Source of the DNA: Bugula neritina
Lineage: Eukaryota > Animalia > Bryozoa
DNA: 64,000 bases
Assembly: GCA_964035545.1 (NCBI GenBank)
Contig: OZ037773.1
Span: forward strand, 2,075,751 to 2,139,750
Direction of reading: 5' to 3'
Below the pieces are notes generated by a model. That model made no database searches, was not told the DNA's origin, and was given only the letters and a program-made list of their open reading frames with translations. Shown in pieces: positions 41,321-55,913 of the stretch. How positions within the stretch are numbered: position 1 is the stretch's first letter; the number at the start of each line of letters is the position of its first letter. The position numbers were made by a program, and so were the translations under genes.

Positions 41321-41408
41321 GTCCTTGTCGTGTAATGGTTAGCACACTTGCTTGCCAGCCAGAGGTCTCGGGTTCGAATCCCAGTGAGGGCAATTATTTT
41401 TCAAAGTT
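41321..41408 (+). mobile_element. tRNA-derived short element / tRNA pseudogene (family A, copy 2)
   Basis: gtgtaatggttagcacacttgc...gggttcgaatcccagtgaggggcaattatttttcaaa; B-box intact; T5 Pol III terminator-like run. Confidence 0.75.
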
Positions 41409-42238
41409 TAACACAAAAAGCTTCTGAATAATTAAAACTAAAGTCTACAAGATTTAAAGTTTTCCCTTGATTGAGTTTTAACTATTTACATAATAAATTT
41501 GACGTGTCCACCAAATTCAACTAGCTGTGCAAGTCAACTGTCAAACTGGTACTTTTTATCTTTTAAATAGAATAGTGAAAAAGTTTTAATTGCCCAAGTT
41601 CTTTAATTTTCTTTAAAAAAAATAGTGGTTTTATTTTTAATGTCTAGCAATAACATAACTTTTTTGCTACATTTCTAATCTAAAACACTGCAGACTTTTC
41701 GTAATTGATCCAATGCCACCTCCTACAAAAATTTTCAAGCCAGTTAGTACTCAAGCCTTAACCCATAAAGTTATCTTACATAAGTGATACAAATAATTAA
41801 AACAATAATAATATATTCACCTCTTCTCTAGAAGTTGAAGTTATAAAAAAATGATACCGATTCAGTAAACTACTTTTTTTTATAGCTACTTGCTGTGAGT
41901 GAGTGAGTGCAGTGACATCTAAAATAAAAGTCTTGCTTTAGTTTCAAGCTACGAGTTGGAAAGTGTGTCATCATTGCAAGGGTAGTACTAGGCATATTGC
42001 CAATATAACAGCCAAAGAGAACAATGTGTTGAAATCTTTTTATACACAAATACTTTTAACATGTGTTATATGTACAGTAGTATGCACAATACTGATGTTA
42101 TATAAACATGTATATAAAAATAATACCTACATATATTTTTACATATTATGTATCTTAGAGTTATTTATTTCAGAAAGTCATTAAACTAAAAAAATAAAAC
42201 AGCCTTTGGTTTACAGATTGTATAACTAAAGTATGTAC

Positions 42239-42656
<418 letters not shown>

Positions 42657-43840
42657 TATAATATATAATATATAGGCATGCAAGTAATACATAGTTGTTT
42701 AGCCAAAAAGCCGCAGCAACACCCATATGACTGACTCATACATAAGGCACATGAACTACAGAAGCTGCTGGTTGCACTTACACGACCACAGTTTCTTATT
42801 ATGATGGTGAGAAATAAAAACAGAAACAAAATCCAGTTCCAGTATTATTTTGTTTACACATTCAAATGCCTTATTGCTGTTTATTATGGTAAACTAGTGC
42901 ATCTATATACTGCTATTATCTGAAGTCTACCTGTTAGGTATCTCTTAGTGAACTATATAATATGTTTCAGTGTAGGTTATACAAAATAAAAAAGAAGACA
43001 ACTTTCTATTACTGTAAGAATTGCTTTGCTGCAAATTTAATTCCAAAGAGGAAAGTTATATAAAATACTATAAATAACCAACTTGTCATATTTTGAACAT
43101 ATATTACTCAAATACGGTAGGTAATTGAGATAGCTATAACTTACTTCCTGAAAACATGTGAAAAGGAACTAAAATTGTAAAGAATAAACGTACCTGCGTC
43201 CATTGAACTTACCCTGTCGAGTAGTGCGCGCTTGTCCATATAAGTCAGCATATGTACCAGCAAAATCTTTGAATTATTATTGACAATGTTATACAGCCAA
43301 AAACCTCTAATCACCACAATACCACGTTATATTGGTTTTTTCCTTGTTCAATCATTTCTACACTGATGACCTCAAATGTATATAATATGTAGATCACATC
43401 ACTTATTTCTGCTACAGCACTGAGACTGTATATTGCAAAATACAGTTTACAATTTAGGTGTTTATCAAATTTATTCACAGCTTATGTTACAGAGCAAAAT
43501 TGTTTTGAGAGTTTAATATAAATTTATTCTGGGAAAGCAGTTTAAACTATAAACAACATTTTAACATTATCTCTAACAAAACTTATGTGTATCAAGAAAT
43601 TTAATTGATATACTAATATACTATATCAATTTATGCTTAATTATGATGAATTCAACCTTTAACCTTTGCTACTCATTACATACATATATGAATAAAATAA
43701 AAAATAGAAAATTTGTCAAATTTGATAAGGTATTATAATTTTAAACTGCCACATAAAGCATAATAGCAAATATACATATACATGGGTTCTTTAGTGCAGT
43801 TATTGGAATATATTATATATTATTGTTATGGTATTTTTTA

Positions 43841-46198
43841 TTATATTGTAGATGAGCAATGACACCTCCCTGATGGTGAGTCACCCAACAGGTGCTCATA
43901 GTGCTCTTTCACTGTGTGACACATGTCACAAAGTAAGCAGTGGGCAGTAGTTGTATAGAAAGCATTGGTTGACAGGTCAGGTTTCCACTGTTCAGTGTAG
44001 TTCCTAGTCAGCTCTGGTAGTACGCGTACGGTGGTGTTAGGGAACGTCCCCACACTTCCACACTCCCCCATCTTTATAATGGAGCTCAGACCCATCAACT
44101 TAGTGATCACTTCATCACCTGTAACATTAAATTCTTGTCATATATTAGATTATATTATATTATATTATATTATATTATATTATATTGTATTATATTATTA
44201 TCATATAACATATTATTTTGTTAATCATATTGCATGCTTTTACATGGCTGAACGAAGCAAGTCCTCAAAATTAGAATAGTTTAACCTAACTTTAGACTGT
44301 GTACTTCTATTTTGTTTATGCATGGCCAACAAATATTGTTAGAAAAGCCTATTATATTGTATTAATAAATTGTTTGCTACAAACCATCAAATAATTGTTT
44401 AATTTACTTGACAATTTTATTAACACATATAGACAGAAAAATTTACATATTATTTCACCATTTCCCATTTTCTTTTTTGAGAACAGAAACTAAAGCATGC
44501 ATATAATATTATGTGTACGAGTGTGTGTGCATTTGTTTGTGTGCGTGTGTAGCATGTATAGGTTCTCTTACCTACTAGCTTATCCATAAGGCAAAGTGAA
44601 GGTCGAACTCCAAGGAATGTGTAGCCGTAATAAATGTAGTTGATTACAAGGTCAAGGTTGTAGAGGTAGTTACCAAGTAAAGTAGCAAACCGGTAGTTGA
44701 TGCAAGTTTCCTAAAAATGCATTATATACTTACACGCACTTACATGTACAGGTTATGTTATATACTTTTTAAGCACATGACTAAGCTTTGGCTGCAAAAT
44801 AGATGAGCATATTTTGTTAACATGGAGCTTTTGCTACTTTTGTTACAAGTTATGGTTAAATATTTTTAGTTTTTGTATTTTCATTTTTGAATAATTTTTA
44901 ACATTCGGGCTTTGTTTAAGTTTTCCCATCACAATCACAAAATTGCAAGAATAAAATATGATAATAATCAACAATGAAACAAATAATCTGATAAAGAAAA
45001 CTTGCCAAAATATGTATTGTATGTGCTTACATTTTCTCCACAGCTGGCACTGCCCCAAGTTGCACTGGTGGTGCTGTGTATGTTGAAGGAGGGAATTGTC
45101 CTCCCCATTTGAGAAACCTGAGTTCCACATTCGTATGGCACACCTTGAATATGCTCTTTGAACACATTCATCTATAACAAAAGATGCTGCATGTCAGAAT
45201 TTGCTGTTGTAGCAACTTTAATAACTAAATAGCAGGCCGGTATACTATAACAGCGATGCTTTAAGATAGTGGGTGTAGTGATGAAGAAATCGGAAAAGCC
45301 TGAGGATAAATTAGTTGTTATTTTGCATGCAAAATTTAGCCAATTGAGCTTTTATTTAACTAATAAACTAAACAAGACAACCAAAACTGTGCAATCAAAT
45401 TGTAAACAAATAATTTTATAGCTTTAACTTTTATTTTTCAATGTTGTTTGCTTTTAATGTTCAATATTTCCTTACCGCTCCAATGGTGTAGTTGAGAACA
45501 TAAGCCAGTTTAAATAAGACGCCAGTAGGTGAATGAAAGCTGATCCCTGGAGAAAATTCGCACATATTAATTGCGTTAGCTTTCATTTGATAGCCCGGGC
45601 TTCCTGTCTCACATGTGTAAGCTCTTGGAACAACCCTCAGTACACGCCCTTCCTGTAGAACCATTGGAACTCGCATAAAAAACGTTGTATAGTCATTCGT
45701 TTTAAAAAAAACAAATCTAATTTTCAACAGAAGTTTTAATGTCTAAGAGTAAAATTAAAATTTTTTAAGAGTTCTGTGAAATTTCCAACGTCAAACCCTG
45801 TTGTTTTTAGAAGCAGAGATTTGTACAAATAAAAAAAATGCATTATAGCTATACTATTAGTTTACACTATTCATAAAAGTTTTATATTAATTTTGAGTAT
45901 TACTTACAAAGGACTCAATTACTTTTAATAAGTTTATTAAAATATCGTCATATTATATAATTATTCATTCAAGTTTAATTTATATATGCTTTGTGATAAA
46001 GTTAGGTTTTACATACTTTTTTTAATAATCCTAGATTATTATATAATATTTATTTAAATATCTACAACACAATGCAATAACACAATAAATGTCTGTATGA
46101 TAGAATTAAATAGAAGAAGTAGTAGATTTACGAACCACATAAAGCACAATCTCCAGGCTTAGAATAATGCAAAGGATATAGCTGTTTCGTGTTTTCAT
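43841..46198 (-). CDS. Uncharacterised secreted Cys-containing protein, about 265 aa
   Basis: Exons 46198-46136, 45652-45476, 45171-45031, 44710-44572, 44118-43841 join in frame (798 nt). Signal-peptide-like MKTRNSYILCIILSLEIVLYVEG; the exon-1 donor is uncertain. Confidence 0.65.
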
Positions 46199-49021
46199 AA
46201 TGAGATTTTTTAAAATATGCTATCAGCTCTTAAAATCAGGTAACTAATTGGTGTAATTGTTGTGCTAATTAAAAGCTTGCAAGTACTTATATACACTTCC
46301 TATGTTTGCATTTTAACAAAAGCCTATTATTAATGAACAATACGTCTAATATGTTTATTGTTATCGCCATTACATAACCAGGAATAAATTTGTCAATTGC
46401 TTTTAACAGTTATGCAAAAAGTTTCAATCTTCATCACACGACCAGGTTTCATCATGGAGTTATTACTCATAAAATAATCACTATTCTCTATCCTACACCC
46501 GTGGTGATTGTTGCACAACACTGACATGTGAGTGACATATGCAACAGGTGCACCTAAGATATGATGTTATTTGCATATTAATATACCCATGTAGACACTG
46601 CCTCAAGTGCTCTATTTTAACAAACTACACAGCTATATTGCTAGTAAACAAATTACAATTTGCTGCATTAAACTGCTAATTTTTTCAACATTATAGCTAA
46701 TTTTTCACTGCTTTAGTATTGCATATAACAAGTGCCCTTGCACCTGGTGGTAATCTCTAGGTCTCCATCCTTCCGCATATTAGTCCGAATAGATTTTTCA
46801 TTTGGTGTTTGGGACAGTGTCAGTCGAATAAAACCACAACTAATATAGATTAACTCAAAAGCCAAAACTGCAAGTACACATTCATAGCACATCTTGCAAG
46901 TATAGTAATATGCTGTATTTTGTTGTGCGTCCTGCATTGTACTCGATTTACTAATTAGTAATGATATCTGCTAAATCATTTTGGTTTATATTAGTTACAT
47001 TCTTAGATAACAAATTTATTTAAATAAATTATTTATTTCTTTTTGTTTAGCATTTATTCTACTGTACAACCAATACTAATTGCAGGTTTTCTTTTTTGAC
47101 GAATAATACATCAATTCAATAAGGCACTATAAGTTACTAAAATAATGCAGTGGTTGTGGCGTGGTAATGGCTTGGCGAAAAAAATTAATTCTATGTATGC
47201 TCAACTTTAGTTAAATTAGGAAATTAAAGACTGTTTTTATGTTTATTGATTGGAATACCTGAAACAAAGAGAAATAAATTAACGACTGCTAAATTTTTGA
47301 AAACTGTTGCCTATGAATAGCTTTTGCAGCATAATATTTCAAACTTTGAAATTTACATTTACATATAATATAGTTCACAAGTTATATAACCATTCCGCAT
47401 GCATGCATGCATGCAATTTGGCATGATAATTTAAAATGCCTGAGCCACAGAGCAATATTATTTTATACGTATGTTGAAACTTTTACATGAGCAATGCTTC
47501 TTGCTGCAAAATACGACCATGTGCTTTTTTCGCAACCATGTGCAATCAACTAACGTCCCACCCCCTCATGTGCAGAAACTAGTGGGTCAGCAGCCACTTT
47601 GAGTCATCAACAAACTTGGCAGCAGTCGGTATCGATAGTCGGTCAGCTGTTGTTGCTTGGTTCGTGACATGTAATCCACAAAAAGAAACATTATGTTGGA
47701 TGTTTTGTTCTTTGTTTTTTAAATAAACGCAAGTATTTATATACATTTATTAAAATGTTAAAAGAAGCTTTTGTCTTGTATTGTGATACGAATAAATTTT
47801 AGGACTGACTTTATTTATCTACAAAATAACACTGTTATACTTACACTACCAGGGTTGTTTTTGCAAAAGATTTGATTGGTTAAAATTTTGGCCAATTGAG
47901 ATCTCGATCATCACATGGCATTATTACGCAACTAACTCATCAGTCAGGCCAGCTGATGACCCGTGTCTGCAGTCTGTTAAGTAATATTAGTTATGAAATA
48001 CCAGCCATGTCTAATTATGTAATATATTTACAATATATATAATTATTCTGCTTCAACTGCAGTTCATATTATTAGTCATAACTTTAGGCTATATGCTAGC
48101 ACCATAGTATGCTGTCAATGTATAGTTGCACTCAGGATACTATCATTACATTTCCAAGCTTCACGTTACTCGATTCCATTTTTCAATTGATGTTTTTAAG
48201 CAGTAGCCTACTGCAATAAACATACAACTATAATTCAATGCAAACCCCAACCACCAATTTGCACCAGATAAATCCATTTGCATAGTGTGTATCAGAGAAA
48301 ATTAAGCCCCAAAACATTGTCTAAACATAGCTACTGAAACTCTGCAGCATTGGTTTTTTATTTGATGGTAGACTTGGGGTGATCAGCCATAATGCAGTGG
48401 AAGATTTTTAATTTTATTAACAGAAATGTTTCACTTTATGCATCCAGATATTATAGAAATATGCATGTATGAATATATAATTAATATATATAACAATAAT
48501 ATATAATATATAGCATGATATTTGTTTTCATGACCCGAAATCCACTTTCTTCTAAAGCTAAGTTAAATCTCAGCATGCTTGTCGAAATCGAGCAAGTGAC
48601 TGCTAAGCTACTAGGTTAAACTAAAATATTCCACAGCGCCTTTGTTATACACGAAGCCACATTTCAGTGTTTTCAGCCAAAAGATAAAATAATGAAAACT
48701 GATTATCACTATAGCAGCCTAGCAGCTCTTTGTTAAAGGTCTTCTGATAGGGTGAATTTACTACAAGCATATTCTGATAACAAAACATATAAAAAGATGA
48801 AAATTACCAACATTTCTGAACTTAAAAATGTCTGCTCTTATTGCAACTCAACACATTTATAGTGATAATCTGCAACCCTGTACTAAGTTTGCTGACAATT
48901 ATAGTAAACTTAGCCTATGCATTGCAGCAATTTGTATCAGCAGTCTCAACGTGAAACTTTTCTTACTGTAAATTTTATAGACGAACGTTGAGCATGAAGA
49001 GGAAATTACAGCCTCTATATA

Positions 49022-50351
49022 GGGGTAACGAGGGCACAACGGGCCAAATTTTGCATTTGTTGCTCTCATTCATCCATTTTTCAAGTTACTAGTTCAATAA
49101 TCTCCAGTCTTAATGCTGCATCTGTTGTCTATTACAGGAATCAGTTTGTTGTTTCTATTTCTGTTGCAACTTTCAGAATGATGAAATTTTCATGACGAAA
49201 AAATTGGCCCATTGTGCCCTGGTACCGGGGTACAATGGGCCACTGGGTGGGACACAACAAATATATTGAAACTTTGCGTATTTTGTTACATCTGATCTTT
49301 ATTTATTTAACATTACAAATAAATAAAGATACTCTTTCAGATCTACAGCAAAATTCATGTTTTAGCTGTACAGTTTGTGCCACTACGGATAGCAGAGGAA
49401 GGCAAAATCAAACGCACATCACTCGGTTTTACAGTGCCCTTATCATTATTGTTTAGAACTAAAAATGTTCTTTTATTTTCACTTCAGAGGAATTTCTATC
49501 AAAAAAAGCTTTAGTAACATGTACTACAAATTTCTGAGTGGACTTTTTTCTATGAACTGTAGCTAAGGTGCATGGCTGAGGTTTGTGACTGGAGTACGGA
49601 AGGGAGAGGGGAGATCAAATGAGCAAAACACAACTTATTTTAGTCAAATACATGTATATTCCCTCAATGATGTAATATATAATTAATATCATGACTATCT
49701 ACTAGTAGCAACAGCAGAGTGTTTTGTATTATGTATAAAATGGCAAAGCTTTAACCTCACCAGATGTATATATTAGGGGAGCTTCACTTTGTAGTTTGGT
49801 AGTCTTACCATGATCATGTCTTTGATATTTTTCAAAAAGGTCAGAAATGGCTATATCTATATAGATTTTAGTAACATTTCAACCAACTTTTTGGGCAAAC
49901 AAACTAATAACAGTGATCAGGGTACAATAATCAGGTGGCCCATTTTGCCCTGGTCAAGGTGGCCCATTGTGCCCCGGATGGCCAAATTTGACATAAATGT
50001 GCCTCAAGGAAAATTTATTTAACAGTTTGCTGTCATACTAGTTAAGCAATGTAGAGACAAGCAATGGCAACAATATCAGTAAAATCTAGGCTTCATTTCC
50101 TTTGAGTGTAAAAAATTATAAAGCTTCAACGACATCCTAAAAAATTTACAAAAAGTAGGTAAAAACAGTTTTTTACTCGCCTTTTCAACACGTATGTTCC
50201 GCAAGTGTTGAAGCTACAAAGGCTGAATAATTATGTCAATACCTTTTTATGAAAAAAAAATCACAAGTCGAAGTCAATAAGTTCTCTCACAATTTGGCAG
50301 GATTTTTGTACCCCTATGACCGTTGTGCCTCCCCCCCCCCCTCGTTACCCC
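49022..50351. mobile_element. Non-autonomous DNA transposon (Tc1/mariner-pogo-like), about 1.33 kb
   Basis: TIRs GGGGTAACGAGGGCACAACGG ... CCGTTGTGCC(C-run)CTCGTTACCCC flanked by TA on both sides; internal tggcccatt(g/t)tgccc motifs at about 49205, 49937 and 49960; no transposase ORF. Confidence 0.85.
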
Positions 50352-50810
50352 TAATATGTTTTTAACATCTCTTTTTACTTCGTTTAATTTTTCTTTGTTA
50401 TCATGCTTATGTATATATCCATAAGATGGTTAGTTTTTTAAATAACACAATATATTTTTAGACTATTCTTCTACATTATATTCATTCAATTTCAGAATTT
50501 ACAATAGTCAAATATATTTGAATATCATCTGCATATATATATTTTGATAACAATATTATTTGGGTTCGTCTAACTGGGGAGTCGTCTATCTGTATGGACA
50601 CCATATGCGGGATATTTATTATATTTGAAGTTGTCTTCTTTTTTAAATTACATTTAAATTGTTATTTTGAATAATTGTTAAAAACAAAAATAAACAGTTT
50701 ATTTAAAAATAATGCATCATAAAATTATATATGCACAAATTATATGAACAAAGTTATACAACTTTTTAAAAATTGCTAGTCTCGGTGCACTTTATAATCT
50801 TCTTCGCCAA

Positions 50811-50829
50811 CCCTCTTCTTTCCTTTTCC
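50811..50829 (+). promoter_or_regulatory. TCT initiator / 5'TOP pyrimidine tract of RPS27
   Basis: ccctcttctttccttttcc about 30-45 nt upstream of the ATG, as is typical of ribosomal protein genes. Confidence 0.75.
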
Positions 50830-50856
50830 GACTAAGTTCAAGAGCGACTGGTCAAG

Positions 50857-52890
<2,034 letters not shown>

Positions 52891-53108
52891 GTACAACACA
52901 CAGACAAGGAATATGATTATTTGTATATTATATGTGATAATATAAATACATGTTTTGGGTCTGCTAGCCACTGCTTTATTTATGACAAATCTAAAATTCA
53001 TTTAATAAAGGCATTGACTCTATCAAAGAAGGTATCATAGCAAGATACAAAAGAGTGGGTTATAGCGATTCTGTCTTTCCAACATCTTGGTCAAGTCTTG
53101 GCCATTGT

Positions 53109-54340
53109 TTATGAAACCTCGAAGTACATCAGATTCTGTGAAAAATACATAATTTAGAGGAGTAAATAGAATTTAAGTAAAGGTGGTAGTGTCTTGTAGG
53201 TCTGGTATACCACAATAATCTTAAATGTTAGGTGTAGTATGTAGAAATATTAGCTACATGGTACTAGAAAGTAAAATATACACGGCTTTTCATACCTTGC
53301 CATTTTAATGAAAAACGTGTGTTGCTAGAAGTGAAATGTGTACTAACCATAAGGCATGACGCAGCCAGCCACAGTATCTTAGACTTGGTAGTTAAGGAGT
53401 TCTTGCCAACTGAAATCAAGATGGGCAACTAATTAAAGCATTTAACATACAAAATCACTTCAAGCATTTCGGATTTGATGACACAGCAAATAATGTATAT
53501 CTGGAGATTGATATAGCAAATAAATGAGAAGGCAATTACTAAAAGGTGCCTTGATATTCCATCACAGACTACCGAAGGGCTTGATGAAGTGTGTGGTGGT
53601 AAATGAATGTAGCAAAGTTGCATATTAGAAAGCGAATTGGGATATGTATATCAACAAACTCACACTCGAGTGTGAATGTTTCATGGTCTGAATTGAAGGC
53701 TTCTGAAGGGCTGTGAACTTTTCGAATGTTGCCAGATGAGGAGTCGCTTTCTCCTTGCAAGCTTCTTATCTATAATAAAGTATAATACAACTCTGGTATA
53801 TACAGAAATTTTGGGCATCCATTTATTAAAACAAATTTTGCTCAGCGAGAAATTCTTCTTATCAATGAGTTTGATAAGTTTTCATATACCTAATGGCTAG
53901 CTGTAAATAATTTTAATATAACCTCATTTGTCTCTTACATGTTGAATTCTTACTCTCTGGTAAATTTGCCTAAGTAGATGGTATGTGAAATTGATTTGTT
54001 GAAACACTTATAAACTCAATAGTGAGTTTATTAATATATGTACTCAAAAAATAACAATGAAAAAATGAATTCAGTGTATATAATATTATATTATAACTTG
54101 AATGCAATATTAGTCTTAGTTCACTCAGGATTCCAAAGGAGCCCAAACCAGTCTCTTACATAACAGCTAGTAAGCTGAGGTTACCTCAATATGCATGTGA
54201 AAGGAGCACCTGCAAGGACAGCAAGGTGCTTTCAATGTGGCAATTTCTTCACCATCTTCTGAATATATAGAGAATACTGGCCTCCAGAAAGAGAATCTGT
54301 ATTAAATGTAACATATAACAACTGTGGGGTTTACTTCTAT

Positions 54341-54372
<32 letters not shown>

Positions 54373-54616
54373 CTCAATCTGTAGACAGCAGCTGTTTCAG
54401 GGTCGACTCCCCGTTAGCAGAGAGCAGAGTACCACGGCCCACACCTTTACAACTTATGTTTCTGTCAAAGTAAATTAAAGCATAACATTTACACCAATAT
54501 ATTATTATGTGTAACATGGGTACCTCTGTTTCACTGTACCAATGTAGTTCCCATCAACATACACATCCAGGGCATGATTACAGAAGAGGCAGCTGAAGCA
54601 GCAGCACGCATCACAC
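53109..54616 (-). CDS. Phospholipid scramblase family protein (3' five exons; 5' exons not located)
   Basis: Exons 54616-54524, 54296-54185, 53769-53664, 53409-53348, 53135-53109 translate to CDACCCFSCLFCNHALDV...YIGTVKQRFSFWRPVFSI...LKAPCCPCRC...GNIRK...DHETFTLEF...KSKILWLAASCLMNLMYFEVS*, matching the PLSCR Cys cluster and C-terminal helix. Confidence 0.85.
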
Positions 54617-55913
54617 CTATGAAAGAGGGGGAGACAATTACTGGACAGTTTTACAAAAATCGTCCATCATACACGAAGTTACACAACGAAAGTCTTGTGA
54701 AGTTTTGGATAGTTTTTGAACACAACTTAAATATAATTCTTTCTCGCTTTTGAGTTGAACTGATTTGGCAAGTGTCTTCAATTGTATAAATCCACGTAAT
54801 ATTATTAAATTGGCTACGGGGTTTTCTAAGCAAGTAATACTCTTTCTTTTTAGAAGGGGCAACTCCAAAAAGAAAAGAGCAACCTCAATCTCACCAGATG
54901 ACAGTGGCACCACCTCTACCTATACATGGACATGGACATGGTGTAAATACCATGCATGCTACAAATCCAATCTAGTCTGTTAGCAGTGTGTGTAGTAGAG
55001 TACAAAAGACAACCTTGTTGTCTTGAGCCTGCATGTTAACCTCTATTTCTATGCAGTAGTAGAGAAAGTTTAGTAGCTTATATTCATTAATTTTCCCAAT
55101 AAGTTTTAGTTTAGGGTTGAAATTTATTTCGAGGCATCTCTAACTTCTCTCAAGTTCTCCATTACTGCGAGGAGGTGCAGTAATGGAAGAGTTAAAAAAG
55201 CCTGTGTTCTAGATTATAGAAATGTAGCATAAGAAGTTATGTTCTCGCAAAAATTTCAACCCTTGCAGCCCCAAACCAAAATTTAATAATAAAATTAAAG
55301 AGCCTAAGCTATCTCAATTGTTCCACAACTGCTGCTAAATGAGCAAGCTTCATACCTATGAACAGATCACTACTTAACATATCCTTTTCAATACTTCAAC
55401 ACTCTCCAGTTTAACCTTTGACCCATGTACAAACAATTTACCAAGACTTAAGCATTTGACTGATGTCACAAATTATTATCTTTTTTATTAATGAAAGAGA
55501 GATGTCATAATATGATAATTGTTTATGTTAGAAGCTCTAGCTCCCACTTATTCTATCCATATAAATACTGTGCTTTATATAATTCATTGAATGAATTAAG
55601 TTGATCTACCTAATAAACCAGTAAATGGCTCACATCATTATAAACACCTACAAATTATCACAATTAATGACCACTATATACAAATAAGTCACAACAATAT
55701 AAAACAAAAAATTGCTACATGTTATCTAAATATATATTATTAAATAAGTATAACAAAATATTCAAAAAATGTTCAATAATCAAGGATGACACAATGAGCG
55801 ACACAATGATGCCTTAATTGCACGTTTACTGAGTTTACAGATTGACAGTTTACTATTATTGCTGCTACAAAATGTAAATCTTTCGTGCAACTGTGCATTA
55901 TATAAATTTCAAT

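Noticed and set aside
55158-55187. 11-bp hairpin tccattactgc/gcagtaatgga
   Set aside because: Too short to assign; probably a MITE remnant, and not a terminator in this eukaryotic context
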